In this document: positions 11,746 through 25,122 of the stretch, in pieces
Layout: every line of letters begins with the position of its first letter
How positions within the stretch are numbered: the first letter of the stretch is position 1
From: Fimicolochytrium jonesii
Taxonomy: Eukaryota
DNA: 64,000 bases
NCBI RefSeq assembly: GCF_025526975.1
Contig: NW_026515694.1
Span: 62,001 to 126,000 of the forward strand
Direction: 5' to 3'
Position numbers and translations under genes: made by a program
Notes under the pieces: model-generated
The model's database searches: none
What the model was told of the DNA's origin: nothing
The model's input: the letters and a program-made list of their open reading frames with translations, nothing else

Positions 11746-14700
11746 AGCCCCAGCGACTGGACAACACACACTCCTCCAGGCCTCCTAACCTCTCAGCTCC
11801 TGCAACAGAAGAGGCCACCCCCCTGGTTCCCGACTCCGTTATAGCCGACACAACCCTCCTAGCCGTCGCCCATGTCGAAAACTCCGAAATTAACCCACAC
11901 GCCATGCTTGCGCTGGGTCCTGCCGAACCCTTCAACTACCCCGTTACCATCATGGTATCATCCAGCCGTGCCCCAATACCTATGTCAGCCATGATCAACA
12001 ATGAGGCCCTGTCCTGCTTCATCGACGAGGACTTTGCCCGCAAGCACCGCATCCCCTTAGTCCAGCATCAGCTTCCTCTGACGATCGAACTCGTTGACGG
12101 TCGACCCAGCTCTGCTGGGCCAATCACCCATCACACCCAACCAGTAGGCATGTTGGTCGACGACCACTTTGAAGAACTCGTCTTCCATGTCACCAAATTA
12201 CCCCACGCTCCAATCCTCCTTGGTCTCTCCTGGGTGCGCCTCCACGACGTTAACCTTGACTTCAAGAACCTTTTGGTCGGTTTCCGTTGCGACTGTCAGT
12301 ACCACGAATTCGCAAATTGGGACTGCTCCCCGGCACCCCCGAGCCCAGCACCCGACAGAACTCCCGAGCCCTTGATCCGCATCCCCCAGGATGAAGTCCG
12401 CGTTGACGAAACATGGTCGATCCCAGTACCCAAGGTATCTCGCTCCAGCACCCCAGAACTGGCTCCCACACCGCTCCGAGTCTCGTTCATCTCCGCCTCA
12501 GCCTTCCGGGTCGCAGCAAGGCATGACCAGGTCTTTGTCACCTACGCCAACCCTGCAAAACCCGAGCTCCCGGCCTCGCCTAGCCCCAGTACCCTCCCAA
12601 CACCCGAGAAAGACATCAAAGACTTCCTGCCCCCCAAATATCAAGATTTCGCCGACGTTTTCGAAAAGAAAAGTGCTGACACTCTCCCCGAGCACCGGCC
12701 CTACGACGGTCCTATCGACCTGGAAGAAGACAAGCAGCCACCTTTCGGCCAGATCTACAGCGTCAGCGAACCAGAAATGAGAGCACTCTGCAAATACCTC
12801 GAAGAAAACCTCGCCAAAGGATTCATCAAACCCTCAAAGTCCCCTGCCGGTGCGCCAGTCTTATTCGTGAAGAAAAAGGACGGTTCTCTCCGCCTCTGCG
12901 TCGATTATTGAGGCCTGAACAGCATCACGGTGAAGAATCGCTACCCCCTGCCCCTGATCAACGGTATCATGGACCGTTTGCGCGGTGCCCGCCGTCTCAC
13001 CAAGATCAACCTCCGCAGCGCTTACAACCTCTTACGCATGCGCCTGGGCGATGAATGGAAGACCGCCTTCCGCTGCCGCTACGGCCTATTCGAATACAAT
13101 GTCATGCCCTTTGGACTCAGCAATGCTCCTGGCGTTTTCCAGTACCTGATGAACCACATCTTCCGCGACATTCTCGATGTGTTTGTTGTCGTCTACCTTG
13201 ATGATATCCTGATATTCTCCAAGAACCCCGAAGGTCACCCCAAGCACGTCCGCGAGGTCTTGTCCCGCCGCCGCCAGCATGGGTTGTACGCCAAACCCGA
13301 GAAGTGCGAATTCAACCGCGAATCTGTCGAGTTCCTAGGCTTTATCATCTCCGAGAAAGGCATCCAGATGGACTCCAAGAAGATCGCTGCCATCACGGAT
13401 TGGGAGCCTCCCAAGAACGTCAAAGGCGTCCAGCGTTTCCTTCGCTTTGCCAACTTCTACCGCCGATTCATCCAAGGCTACTCCAAGATCGCCACCCCGC
13501 TCACAGCCCTGACCCGGAAAGACATCCCGTACGCCTGGACACCCGCCGCAAACACTGCCTTTGAGAACCTGAAGAAATCATTCACCACCGCCCCTGTCCT
13601 TGCTCACCCTGACCCAGAGAAGCCCTTCGTCGTCGAAACTGACGCCTCCGACTTCGCTCTCGGCGCAGTTCTCCTTCAACCTGACCAGGACACTCAGCTC
13701 CACCCTGTGGCCTTCCACTTTCGCAAATTCACGGCCAAAGAAATTAACTACGAGATCTACAACAAGGAACTTCTGGCCATCCAAGACTCCTTTGCCCAGT
13801 GGCGACACCATCTCATTGGCGCCCGTCACAAGATCACCGTTTACTCCGACCACAAAAACCTGCAGTACTTCATGACCACCCGCACCCTGAACCGCCGCCA
13901 AGCCCGCTGGTCGATATTCTTCTCGGATTTTGACTTTGTCATTACCTATCGCCCCGGTTCCCAGCAGCACCAAGCCAATGCCATCTCCCGACGCTCCGAA
14001 CATGAGCTAAAGGAGGGGGAAGAAGCGTTCCGCTCCCAGGCGACCACAATTTTGACTCCCGAACGCCTTCGACTCGCCGCGGCCTACCTCACACCCATGG
14101 ATACTACGCTGCTTGACAAGATTAAGGCCGCCCAGGCCTCTGACCCCCTCGCTAAGACCATCCGCAAAAAGCTCAAGATACCCCTTGCCCAACAGACCGA
14201 GGAAACCCAAGATCGTATCAAGCGGTTCTCCGATGAAGATGGGATCCTGCTGCACGATAACCTTGTCTATGACCCCACCAATGAGCTCCGAGCTGAAGTC
14301 TGCCACGACATGCACGATACACCCCTAGCCGGCCACTTTGGGATGTCCAAGACGCTCGAACTCGCCTCCCGCAACTACTGGTGGCCCAGCCAGTGGCGCT
14401 TTGTCAAGGCCTATGTCAAGTCCTGCGATACCTGTAGCCAAGGGAAATCCAGTCGACACAAACCGTACGGCCTACTCCAGCCCAACAGTATCCCTACCCA
14501 CCCTTGGGGATCTTGGTCCCTGGACTTCATCACCGGTCTGCCTCCCGTTGATGGGTACAACTCCATCCTGAACGTCAACTGTCGCCTCACCAAGATGGCC
14601 CACTTCATCGCCTGCAGCGAGTCAGAATCCGCTGAGTCCACCGCCAACCTAGTCTTCCACAATATCATCCGTCTCCACGGCCTCCCCGACAACATCATCT

Positions 14701-15220
14701 CTGACCGAGGACCCCAGCTCAAGTCCCGTTTCTGGCATCGACTTCTCGAACTCCTTGGGGCGAAAGCCAACCTCTCCTCGGCCTTCTACCCCCAGAGCGA
14801 CGGCCAGACGGAACGCACCAATCAGATCCTGGAGCAGTATCTCCGATGCTTTTGCAACCACCAACAGGACAACTGGAAACAGCTCCTGTCGTCTGCCGAG
14901 TTCGCTTACAACAACACCCACCAGTCCGCCTCCCAGACCACCCCCTTCTACGCCAACAAGGGTCTCCACCCCCACTTCAGTTTCGCGGCCTCTGCTACCT
15001 CCGTCCGTCAACCCCGCCGCTGAAGCCCACGCTAAACAAATCAGGGAAGTCCATGAACAGCTCGCCCTCGAGCTCAAGGAAGCCCAAGATCAAATGAAGC
15101 GCTATGCCGACGCTAAACGAATTCCTGGACCGGACTTCAAGCCTGGCGACCACGTCTGGCTCCTCCGCAAAAACCTCCAGACAACCCGGCCCTCTCAGAA
15201 ACTCGACCATCGCAAGATTG

Positions 15221-15421
15221 GGCCACCCGAGCTCTCAGTGATACATTACATAAGGCGCCAAGCCTCACTGAAGCCACGCAAGCCCCACTGGCAGCCCATA
15301 TATAAAGCTGTCAGTCGAGCGGCCGCTGCGAAGAGCTTCTTACTTTTTTCTTCACTACAATATACTGCTCTCAGCCCTCTCAGAAGGGCCCAATATCGTC
15401 TACGTTTCCTCTGACGTTACA
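15221..15421 (+). repeat. 5'-truncated family-B LTR
   Basis: GGCCACCCGAGCTC...CTGACGTTACA matches the 3' three-quarters of 45960-46234. Confidence 0.88.
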
Positions 15422-15778
15422 TCTACTTCCCCACGACGAACTCTGAGGGGGGGGAAGCGGGAGACGAGTCCGTCATGGACAAGGGAGCCATCCTCATCCT
15501 GGTGGACTACTTATCCAGCCACGTAATCCTCCTCGAGACCCACGCCAATGTGACGGCAAAGGAACTCGCCCAGCTGTTCTTCGACCAGGCCTTGCGCATC
15601 ACGGGCATGTCCCACACGATCATCAGCGATTGGGACACCAAATGGACCGGCGCCTTTTGGAAGCACCTTCTGAAGTGCGCCGGCATAGAGCAGGAACTCT
15701 CGTCGGCACGACACAAACAGACCGACGGCAAGACGGAGAACGTCATCAAGACAATCAAGAAGATGATGGTCCCCTACC
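15422..15778 (+). pseudogene. Family-C integrase fragment
   Basis: Near-identical to 40873-41228 (MDKGA.LILVDYLSS...KKMMVPY). Confidence 0.88.
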
Positions 15779-18700
15779 TGTTAAGATCTCGACGACAGAG
15801 GCGGAAGCGAAGAAGAGAAGACAGAGCGAGAGCGATAGGCGACAAGAGATTGTATTGGCGAAACAAGAAACAAGAACTTGAACAGTAGATGAGAAGAACT
15901 GGTGTTGATCTGCTGGGGAGGAAGGGAATGGACGAAGAGGGGCCGGCTATTTATAGATAGGCAACCCAGCAGGCCAGAGAACAACAACAACAAGAGGGGA
16001 CTGGGGGGGCGCCAGCTATGCTCCTAGAGCGTGCGTGGCGAGCGTAGAGAGCATTGCTACAGCTGCTGGCTATGGAGAAGTAGTGGGGGATGTGGAGAAG
16101 CCGAGGGGGGATTGGCGAAATGAGAGGAGAGAGGAGGAGTGGTGATATTGCAGGAGGATTGGCGAAATGAGAGGGAGAGATGGGGAGTGGCATTGACATC
16201 GACATTGACACTGACATTGACACTGACATTGACATTGACATTGGCGTTTGACATTGGCGGTTGACATTGGCGGCTGTCAGTAGGTAAGCTTATGGTACGG
16301 GCGCGTCGTTCATAACATCACCCCTCTCTTTAGCGGCGGTGGCGGCGGCGTCGAGTTTGGTGTGGCCGCAGAGGAGGTGCTACGGGGACAGAGGAAGGCT
16401 TGTTGGGGTACGCGCTGTGGAAGTCCTGGAGGAGTGCGTCGGTATGGGTGAGGTGTTCCACGGGCTCCCAGGTGTTCTCGGAGTCAGGCCAGCCCTGCCA
16501 TTTGACCAAGTACTGGAGGCAAGGACAATGGATGCGAGAGTCAAGGATGGCTTCGACAACCCACTCTTCTTGACCCTCAACGGTTTCTGGGGGCAGGGGT
16601 TCGGGTTCGTGTCGTTCGGGGATGGTGAAGCGGGGTTCGAGGAGCGAGACATGGAAGACATCGTGGATTTTGTACGTAGGCGGGAGCTTGAGCCGGTAGG
16701 CGACGGGATTGATTTTTTCAACGATGGGGAATGGCCCAATCTTGCGATGGTCGAGTTTCTGAGAGGGCCGGGTTGTCTGGAGGTTTTTGCGGAGGAGCCA
16801 GACGTGGTCGCCAGGCTTGAAGTCCGGTCCAGGAATTCGTTTAGCGTCGGCGTAGCGCTTCATTTGATCTTGGCTTCCTTGAGCTCGAGGGCGAGCTGTT
16901 CATGGACTTCCCTGATTTGTTTAGCGCGGGCTTCAGCGGCGGGGTTGACGGATTCGGAGGTAGCAGAGGCCGCGAAACTGAAGCGGGGGTGGAGACCCTT
17001 GTTGGCGTAGAAGGGGGTGGTCTGGGAGGCGGACTGGTGGGTGTTGTTGTAGGCGAACTCGGCGGACGACAGAAGCTGTTTCCAGTTGTCCTGTTGGTGG
17101 TTGCAAAAGCATCGGAGATACTGCTCCAGGATCTGGTTGGTGCGTTCCGTCTGGCCATCGCTCTGGGGGTGGAAGGCCGAGGAGAGGTTGGCTTTTGCCC
17201 CAAGGAGTTCGAGAAGTCGACGCCAGAAACGGGACTTAAACTGGGGTCCTCGGTCAGAGATGATGTCGTCGGGGAGGCCGTGGAGACGGATGATATTGTG
17301 GAAGACTAGGTCGGCGGTGGACTCGGCGGATTCTGACTCGCTGCAGGCGATGAAGTGGGCCATCTTGGTGAGGCGACAGTTGACGTTCAGGATGGAGTCA
17401 GTACCCGTCCACGGGAGGCAGACCGGTGATAAAGTCCAGGGACCAAGATCCCAAGGGCGGGTAGGGATACTGTTGGGCTGGAGTAGGCCATATGGTTTGT
17501 GTCGACTGGATTTCGCTTGGCTACAGGTATCGCAGGACTTGACGTAGGCCTTGACGAAGCGCCACTGGCTGGGCCACCAGTAGTTGCGGGAGGCGAGTTC
17601 GAGCGTCTTGGACATCCCAAAGTGGCCGGCTAGGGATGTATCGTGCATGTCGTGGCAGACTTCAGCTCGGAGCTCGTTGGTGGGGACATAGACCAGGTTA
17701 TCGTGCAGCAGGATCCCATCTTCATCTGAGAACCGCTTGATACGATCTTGGGTTTCCTCGGTCCATTGGGCGAGGGGTATCTTGAGCTTTTCGCGAAGGG
17801 TCTTAGCGAGGGGATCAGAGGCCTGGGCGGCCTTAATCTTGTCAAGCAGCGTGGTATCCATGGGTGTGAGGTAGGCCGCGGCGAGTCGAAGGCGTTTGGG
17901 AGTCAAAATTGTGGTTGCCTGGGAGCGGAACGCTTCTTCCCCCTTTTTTAGCTCATGTTCGGAGCGTCGGGAGAGGGCATCGGCTTGGTGCTGCTGGGAA
18001 CCGGGGCGATAGGTAATGACAAAGTCAAAATCCGAGAAGAATATCGACCAGCGGGCTTGGCGGCGGTTCAGGGTGCAGGTGGTCATGAAGTACTGAAGGT
18101 TTTTATGGTCGGAGTAAACGGTGATCTTGTGACGGGCGCCAATGAGATGGTGTCGCCACTGGGCAAAGGAGTCTTGGATGGCCAGAAGTTCCTTGTCGTA
18201 GATCTCGTAGTTGATCTCTTCGGCCGTGAATTTGCGAGAGTGGAAGGCCACGGGGTGGAGCTGATTGTCCTGGTCAGGTTGGAGGAGAACTGCGCCAAGA
18301 GCGAAGTCGGAGGCGTCAGTTTCGACGACGAAGGGCTTCTCTGGGTCAGGGTGAGCAAGGATGGGGGCGGTGGTGAATGCTTTCTTCAGGTTCTCGAAGG
18401 CGGTGTTTGCGGCGGGTGTCCAGGCGTACGGGATGTCTTTCCGGGTCAGGGCTGTGAGCGGGGTAGCGATCTTGGAATAACCTTGGATGAATCGGCGATA
18501 GAAGTTGGCAAAGCCGAGGAACCGCTGGACGCCTTTGACAGTCTTGGGAGGTTCCCAATCCGTGATGGCAGCGATCTTCTTGGGGTCCATCTGGATGCCT
18601 TTCTCGGAGATGATGAAGCCTAGGAACTCAACGGATTCGCGGTTGAATTCGCACTTCTCTGGTTTGGCGTACAACCCATGCTGTCGGAGGCGGGACAAGA

Positions 18701-21700
18701 CTTCGCGGACATGTTTGGGGTGATCTTCGGGGTTCTTGGAGAATATCAGGATATCGTCGAGGTAGACGACAACAAACACATCGAGAATGTCGCAGAAGAT
18801 GTCGTTCATCAGGTACTGGGAGACGCCAGGAGCATTGCTGAGTCCAAAGGGCATGACATTGTATTCGAATAGGCCGTAGCGGCAGCGGAAGGCGGTCTTC
18901 CATTCATCGCCCAGGCGCATGCGTAAGAGGTTATAAGCGCCGCGGAGGTCGATCTTGGTGAGACGGCGGGCGCCGCGCAAACGATCCATGATACCGTTGA
19001 TCAGGGGCAGGGGGTAGCGATTCTTCACCGTGATGCTGTTCAGGCCTCGATAATCCACGCAGAGGCGGAGAGAACCGTCCTTTTTTTCACGAATAAGACT
19101 GGCGCACCGGCAGGGGACTTTGAGGGTTTGATGAATCCTTTGGCGAGGTTTTCTTCGAGGTATTCGCAGAGTGCCTTCATTTCTGGTTCGCTGAGGCTGT
19201 AGATCGGGCCGAAAGGTGGCTGCTTGCCTTCTTCCAGATCGATTGGACAGTCGTAGGGCCGGTGCTCGGGGAGAGTGTCAGCATTTCTCTTTTCGAAAAC
19301 GTCGGCGAAGTCTTGATACTCGGGGGGCAGGAAGTCTTTGATGTCTTTCTCGGGTGTCGGGAGGTTACTGGGGCTAGGCGAGGCCGGGAGATCGGGTTTC
19401 GCAGGGTTGGCGTAGGCGACAAAGACCTGGTCATGCCTTGCTGCGACCCGGAAGGCTGGGGCGGAGATGAACGAGACTCGGAGCGGCGTGGGAGCCGGTT
19501 CTGGGGTGCTGGAGCGAGATACCTTGGGTACTGGAATCGACCATGTTTCGTCGACGGGGACTTCATCCTGGGGGATGCGGATCAAGGGCTCGGGGGTTCT
19601 GGCGGGTGCTGGGCTCGGGGGTGCTGGAGAGTTGTCCCAATTCGCGAATTCATGGTACTGACAGTCGCAACGGAAACCGACCGAAAGGTTCTTGAAGTCA
19701 AGGTTAATGTCGTGGAGGCGGAGCCAGGGGAGACCAAGGAGGATTGGAGCATGGGGTGATTTGGTGACATGGAAGACGAGTTCTTCGAAGTGGTCCTCGA
19801 CCCACATGCCTACTGGTTGGGTGTGATGGGTGATTGGCCCAGCAGAGCTGGGTTGACCGTCAACGAGTTCGATCGTCAGTGGACGCTGATGCGGGACTAG
19901 GGCGATGCGGTGTTTGCGGGCAAAGTCTCTGTCGATGAAGCAGGACAGGGCACCGTTGTCGATCATGGCTGAGGTAGGTATCGGGGCGCGGCTGGATGAT
20001 ACCATGATGGTAACGGGGTAGTTGAAGGGTTCGGCAGGACCCAGCGCAAGCATGGCGCGGGGGTTAATTTCGGAGTTTTTGACATGGGCAGCGGCTAGGA
20101 GGGTTGTGTCGGCTATAACGGAGTCGGGAACCAGGGGGGTGGCCTCTCCCGTTGCAGGAGCTGCGAGGTTAGGAGGCCCGGGGCGGTGTGGGTTGTCCAG
20201 TCGCTGGGGCTTTACTGCGGCTGGACTTTGGGAAAACCCTGTTCGGTGGAGGGTTCTTTGATGTCGACAGTTGGCGGCACGGGTGGTGGTCTTGTTCTTG
20301 ACGGGGCATACTTTTGCAATGTGCCCCGCGCCACCGCAGTAAAGGCAGAGGTTGTTGGAAATGCGGCGTCGGCGTTCCTGAGGGCTCAGAGGGCCGCGGG
20401 GACGAGCGGCGTCAATCTGCATAGGCTCGCTGTGGTCGACAGTGGTGGTAGTAGTAAACGAGGTGTGGGGAACCGGGAAGGTCTGGCGGCTTCTGTTTCG
20501 CTCCAGGCGGCGCTCAAACAGCCGGTTATCGCCCTGGATAGCCTGCTCCATCACCATATCAATGGTGACAGCAGGGGGCATTGTGAGCATCAGGTCCTTG
20601 ACGTCCTCTTTGAGGCCACGGCGGAAGGTAGCAATCAGGGCCTGGTCGTTCCAGGAGACATCGCATTGTAGCTGGCGGAACTCAGCGACGTACTCGGTTG
20701 CTGCACGGGTTTGGCGAAGGTTCTGGAGCTTGTTTTCAGAGGTGCGGACCCTGTCGCTGTCTCCGAAGACCGATTGCATCTGACTGATAAAACTATTGAA
20801 GTCCTGAAGGCTGTGATCTTGGCGTTCGACTAGGGGCGCCATCCAGGCTTGCGCAGTGCCGGTGAGGTAGGTGCCAATAGTTTGGATCTTGATGATGTCG
20901 CTGGGGTAGCGGTCGGGCTGGAGAGCAAACATCAACCAGATGTTGTTCAACCACCCACGGAATTTGCTGCGGGTACCATCAAACTTCTCGGGCAAGCTGA
21001 TTCTTGGCTCCAGAGCAGGGTTGGCGACTTGGGGACGGGTGTACGTATCGGCTTGAACCTGGGCAGCGATGCTCTGGGCAGCTTGTGCGTCGGCTTGGGC
21101 TTGCGCTAGGTTTGCCTGCAAGTTGGCGTTTTGGCTTTGCAAGGCGGCGATGGCTTGGCACATATCGTTCCATTCCTTGGCGGTACGGATTCGGGTTGGG
21201 ACATGGCAAAAAAGGTTTGTCGGATGCAGGGCTGGACAGGTTCTGAACTTCGCAGTGTTGGAGCTGATCAAACTGTTATGATCTCGACGACGGGGGCGGA
21301 AGCGAAGTAGAGAAGACAGGGCGAGTGTGATAGGCGACAAGAGATTGTATTGGCGAAACAAGAAACAAGGACTAGAACAGGAGATGAGAAGAACTGGTGT
21401 TGATCTGCTGGGGAGGAAGGGAATGGACGAAGAGAGGCCGGCTATTTATAGATAGGCAACCCAGCAGATCAGAGAACAACAACAACAAGAGGGGACTGGG
21501 GGGCGCCAGCTATGCTCCTTGAGCGTGCGTGGCGAGCGTAGAGAGCATTGCTACAGCTGCTGGCTATGGGGAAGCAGTGGGGGGTGTGGAGAAGCCGAGG
21601 GGGGATTGGCGAAATGAGAGGAGAGAGGAGGAGTGGCGATATTGCAAGAGGATTGGCGAAATGAGAGGACAGAGGGGGAGTGGCATTGACATTGACATTG

Positions 21701-21811
21701 ACACTGACATTGACACTGACATTGACATTGACATTGGCGTTTGACATTTGGCGGTTGACATTGGCGGCTGTCAGTAGGTAAGCTTATGGTATGGGCGCGT
21801 TGTCCATAACA
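15779..21811 (-). mobile_element. Family A copy A2, full-length (5' LTR 21274-21811, 3' LTR 15779-16317), with chromodomain
   Basis: Two LTRs. PPT AAAGAGAGGGGTGA next to the 3' LTR. ORFs: gag-PR (IDNGA), RT-RNH-INT (16860-19058) and chromodomain EWVVEAILDSR..YLVKWQGWPDSENTWEP (16330-16863). A few frameshifts. Flanks are not a TSD. Confidence 0.95.
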
Positions 21812-23130
21812 ATGCTGGATGAACTCAAAGAAGCCGGGATTTCGCTAGTCCGGACACAGCCGTACTCCTCCCAACAAAATGGTATTGCGGAACGGTTCAA
21901 TCGAACAGTTATGGATCAAGTTCGCACCATAATGTGGATGAGTAACGTGCCAGAAAACCTTTGGAATGAATTTGCCGTTTTGGTGAATTACCTCAGACAA
22001 AGGACACCGGCCAGTGCTACTGGCACAACTCCATACCACAAATGGTATGGGAAATCAGCGGATATATTGACTTTGCGGACACCGTTGAGTGAGGCGTTCC
22101 TCCACATCCCTAAACAGAAGAGGAGAAGTAAACTTTCGCCTGGGCACTAGGTCCGTTGCGTTTACTTGGGTATCATGCCACTAAACATGACACTTATCGT
22201 CTCATTGATGAAGATATGCTCGAGATATTTGAGTCTCAGGATGTAACCTTCAACAAAGAAAACAGTCGTAGCGAATCCGTCGCTCCTGGATCAGAAGACC
22301 CTGCAGAATACGCCATTGAGAAAATACTCTTATCGAGTGGAGATGGAGATTTGGGGGAGAAGGAGTACCTCGTCAAGTGGGAAGGTTTTGACGACCCCAC
22401 ATGGAAACCCCTACGAATTTGTAAAAGACGCAGTAGCGTTATCTGAGTTTTTTGGGGGCCGAAGACGACGGTGGTCAGTACACAGGAGCGGAACTCCCTG
22501 GTAGCTACGGTGGACACAGATAAACCCACCACACTGCAAGCCGCTATGAAATCCCCATACTCACGCGAATGGCAAGCCGCTATGGAAGAAGAACTTGCCC
22601 TCTCACGCAAAGAACGGAACTTGGGAATCGTCTGATCAGAAAAACACTGGACACACAGTAGATTCCAAATGGGTCTTTAAAGTAAAGCGCAATCCTGACA
22701 ATTCTATCAAGCAGTTCAAGGCACGTTAGTAGCCAGAGGATTTACGCAAAGAGAGGGAAATAGATTACCACCAAACGTTTGCGCCCGTCGTGAAGTTTAA
22801 TACGTTGCGGATGTTGTTAGCCATCGCAGCGTCACACGACTTGGAGATCCATCAGATGGATGTAAAGGCCGCATTCCTGAATGGGAACCTTGACACCGTA
22901 AAATACCTTCGCCTACCAGACGGGACAACAGTGAAACTCAAACGTTCCCTATACGGGCTGAAACAGTCACCTCAGTTATGGAATAAGGTGTTGGACGCTT
23001 ACCTCCGAGAAAAAGGCTTCAAACGTTTCCAAACCAGACTATGCTCTTTACATAAAGCGCATTGGCCGAGGTTTTATCATCATTGCCGTCTACGTTGATG
23101 ATCTGACAATTCTTTCAACGAGCAAAGGGG
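21812..23130 (+). mobile_element. Ty1/copia fragment (INT C-terminus, chromodomain, RT)
   Basis: QQNGIAERFNRT, WQAAMEEE, SKWVFKVK, HQMDVKAAFLNG, LKRSLYGLKQS and YVDD, in the copia order INT then RT. Several indels. Confidence 0.9.
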
Positions 23131-23132
23131 AA

Positions 23133-25122
23133 ATCTACTTTTCCGAAACAACTGTGTCGAGAATCATGTATGATTCTTTGTTGGCCAGCCATATCTGCTT
23201 CGGTTCGATACGTTTCTTGGGAAATTTGTGCTTTTCGACGAATGTCTTGTCAAGGAATAACCCAGTAGCGCCGCTATCAAAAAGAACACGAGTAAACTTG
23301 TTTCCGATGCGACAATGAGAGACCCTGAGTCCAGCAGACAGTGGTTCGAAGGCAGGTTTATTGGTAGGGATCGTATGTGGTAGGCCGAGCAGAGCTAACG
23401 AGGGGCTCTATCAGACCTTGGAAAAAACTCGAGCTTGATTTTTAGTAGTATCGTAGTATCGCTGAGTTGACGGCGTCATCAAGAATTTCCGTAATGCATG
23501 AACCCAGCATCAACCTGATTGGCTGAACCTTGTTGTTGATTAGGTTGCAACTGGGGCTGCGGAGTTTGAGCGCCACAACCGCAACTGTCGAAGACCCACC
23601 GCGTTCGCTTCTTGGGTTTGCGAGCCTTGCTGGTCAATTTTCGGGATTTGACCAGCATTCAACCTCTCCAATGTCCCATTTTGTTACAAAGGGGACAGGG
23701 AGTCGTTGGACGTTGACGAGGACCGTTGAGTAGCTTGCCAGTGTCCACGTCCGGCGAAAGGGCTGTTGAACGTTGGTAGGGAACTTGACCTGTAGTGATA
23801 CGACTCACTCCAGGGGGATAGTATGACGTACCAAGGGCATTTGAGCCCAAAGGTCATATCATCTAAGTCTTGCTCAAATTCCGTAATTCGAGGATTGGTG
23901 TAAGGGGCGTATCGTCCACCACGACCACCGCCACGACTACCTCGACCGCAACTGGCTCCACGGCCGTCACGAGAACTTGTTGCCAAGGACATCGGACGAG
24001 GTGTATTGGCTTGGTAGCCGTCAGTGAACCCATGAGCCACATGAGCACGACGCGCTGCAGTGATAGCTTGATCGAGCGTGATAGGGGTGTTGATGTTGGT
24101 AGTGCTCGTGACTTCGAAGGTCGTAACGGCTTCAGCGAGATAATGACTGATTACTGTATTCTTGAGCAGACCGGCCTTGAAGTATCGAATCTGATCGATA
24201 AGGGGAGTGGTGCCTTGAGTGTTATCGAGACAATGAGCGGCTTCGAGCTCATTATTGGTGTCTTGAAACTCCTGATATATTTTCGAGAGAGTCACCAAGC
24301 TTGAGGCCAGAAAGCTTGAGCTCAATAGTATTACGCAAGTTGCGTGGATAAAGTGAGCGACAAGAGCCGTTTGAAAAGCTGTCCAACTCAACGGGGGGAG
24401 CGCGGCGGCGTAAGTTGTATTGTACCACTCAAGAGCAGTACCCTTGAGGTAGGTAGTGAGCGTAGGAGCGTACTCTGCCATATTAAAGGCTATGGCAGTG
24501 GCAGTTCCAGTACCGTCTGGTCCAGCTTGTACAGCCGGGACAGTGAGAGACTCGAGGGAGTTGATGTGAGACGTAACAAACTCTTCGATCTCTTTGGCAG
24601 CTTTGGCGCGATCGTATTCGACAAGCTTGTTCTTGCGAGCGTCCATAAGAAGTCTGAAACGCTCGGCTTGTTGGGTGTCTTGCGTAACAGCACGCCCCCA
24701 AGAAGCGAAAGCAGCTGCGACAGCCGCAACGATAGCTTGAGTTTGGTGGTCCATTCTTGCTTGTGAACGAGTGTAAGGGCGACGTCCGGTAGAGGGGCGA
24801 CGTTGACGAGGAATCTCTTGGTGATGCTAGCGGTAGGTGGTGCTACCATGTAACGTCAGAGGAAACATAGACGATATTGGGCCCTTCCGAGAGGGCTGAG
24901 AGCAGTGTATTGTAGTGAAGAAAAAAGTAAGAAGCTCTTCGCAGCGGCCGCTCGACTGACCGCTTTATATATGGGCTGCCAGTGGGGCTTGCGTGGCTTC
25001 AATGAGGCTTGGCGCCTTATGTAATGTATCACCGAGAGCTCGGGTGCCAGCCCGGGTCTCGGATGAAGTAGAAGTAAAGAGGTATAATATGAAATACAAG
25101 TGAAGATGAGATATCCCCAACA
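23133..25122 (-). mobile_element. Family B 5' fragment: LTR (24849-25122), PBS TGGTAGCACCA, gag, start of PR
   Basis: LTR followed by TGGTAGCACCA. Gag MDHQTQ...CPLCNKMGHWR and PR LFDSGATG. Many indels. Confidence 0.9.

Larger units (their letters stand above)
10186..15224 (+). mobile_element. Ty3/gypsy chromovirus family A, copy A1 (5' LTR 10186-10678, gag, PR-RT-RNH-INT; 3'-truncated and degenerate)
   Basis: LTR TGTTAT...ATAACA with TATA at 10502. Gag with CLYCGGAGHIAKAC, RT YLDD, RNH ETDASDFA, INT HHCC and DD35E. Stop at 12909 and frameshift ~15000. Ends at a GGCCA microhomology with a B LTR. Confidence 0.95.
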
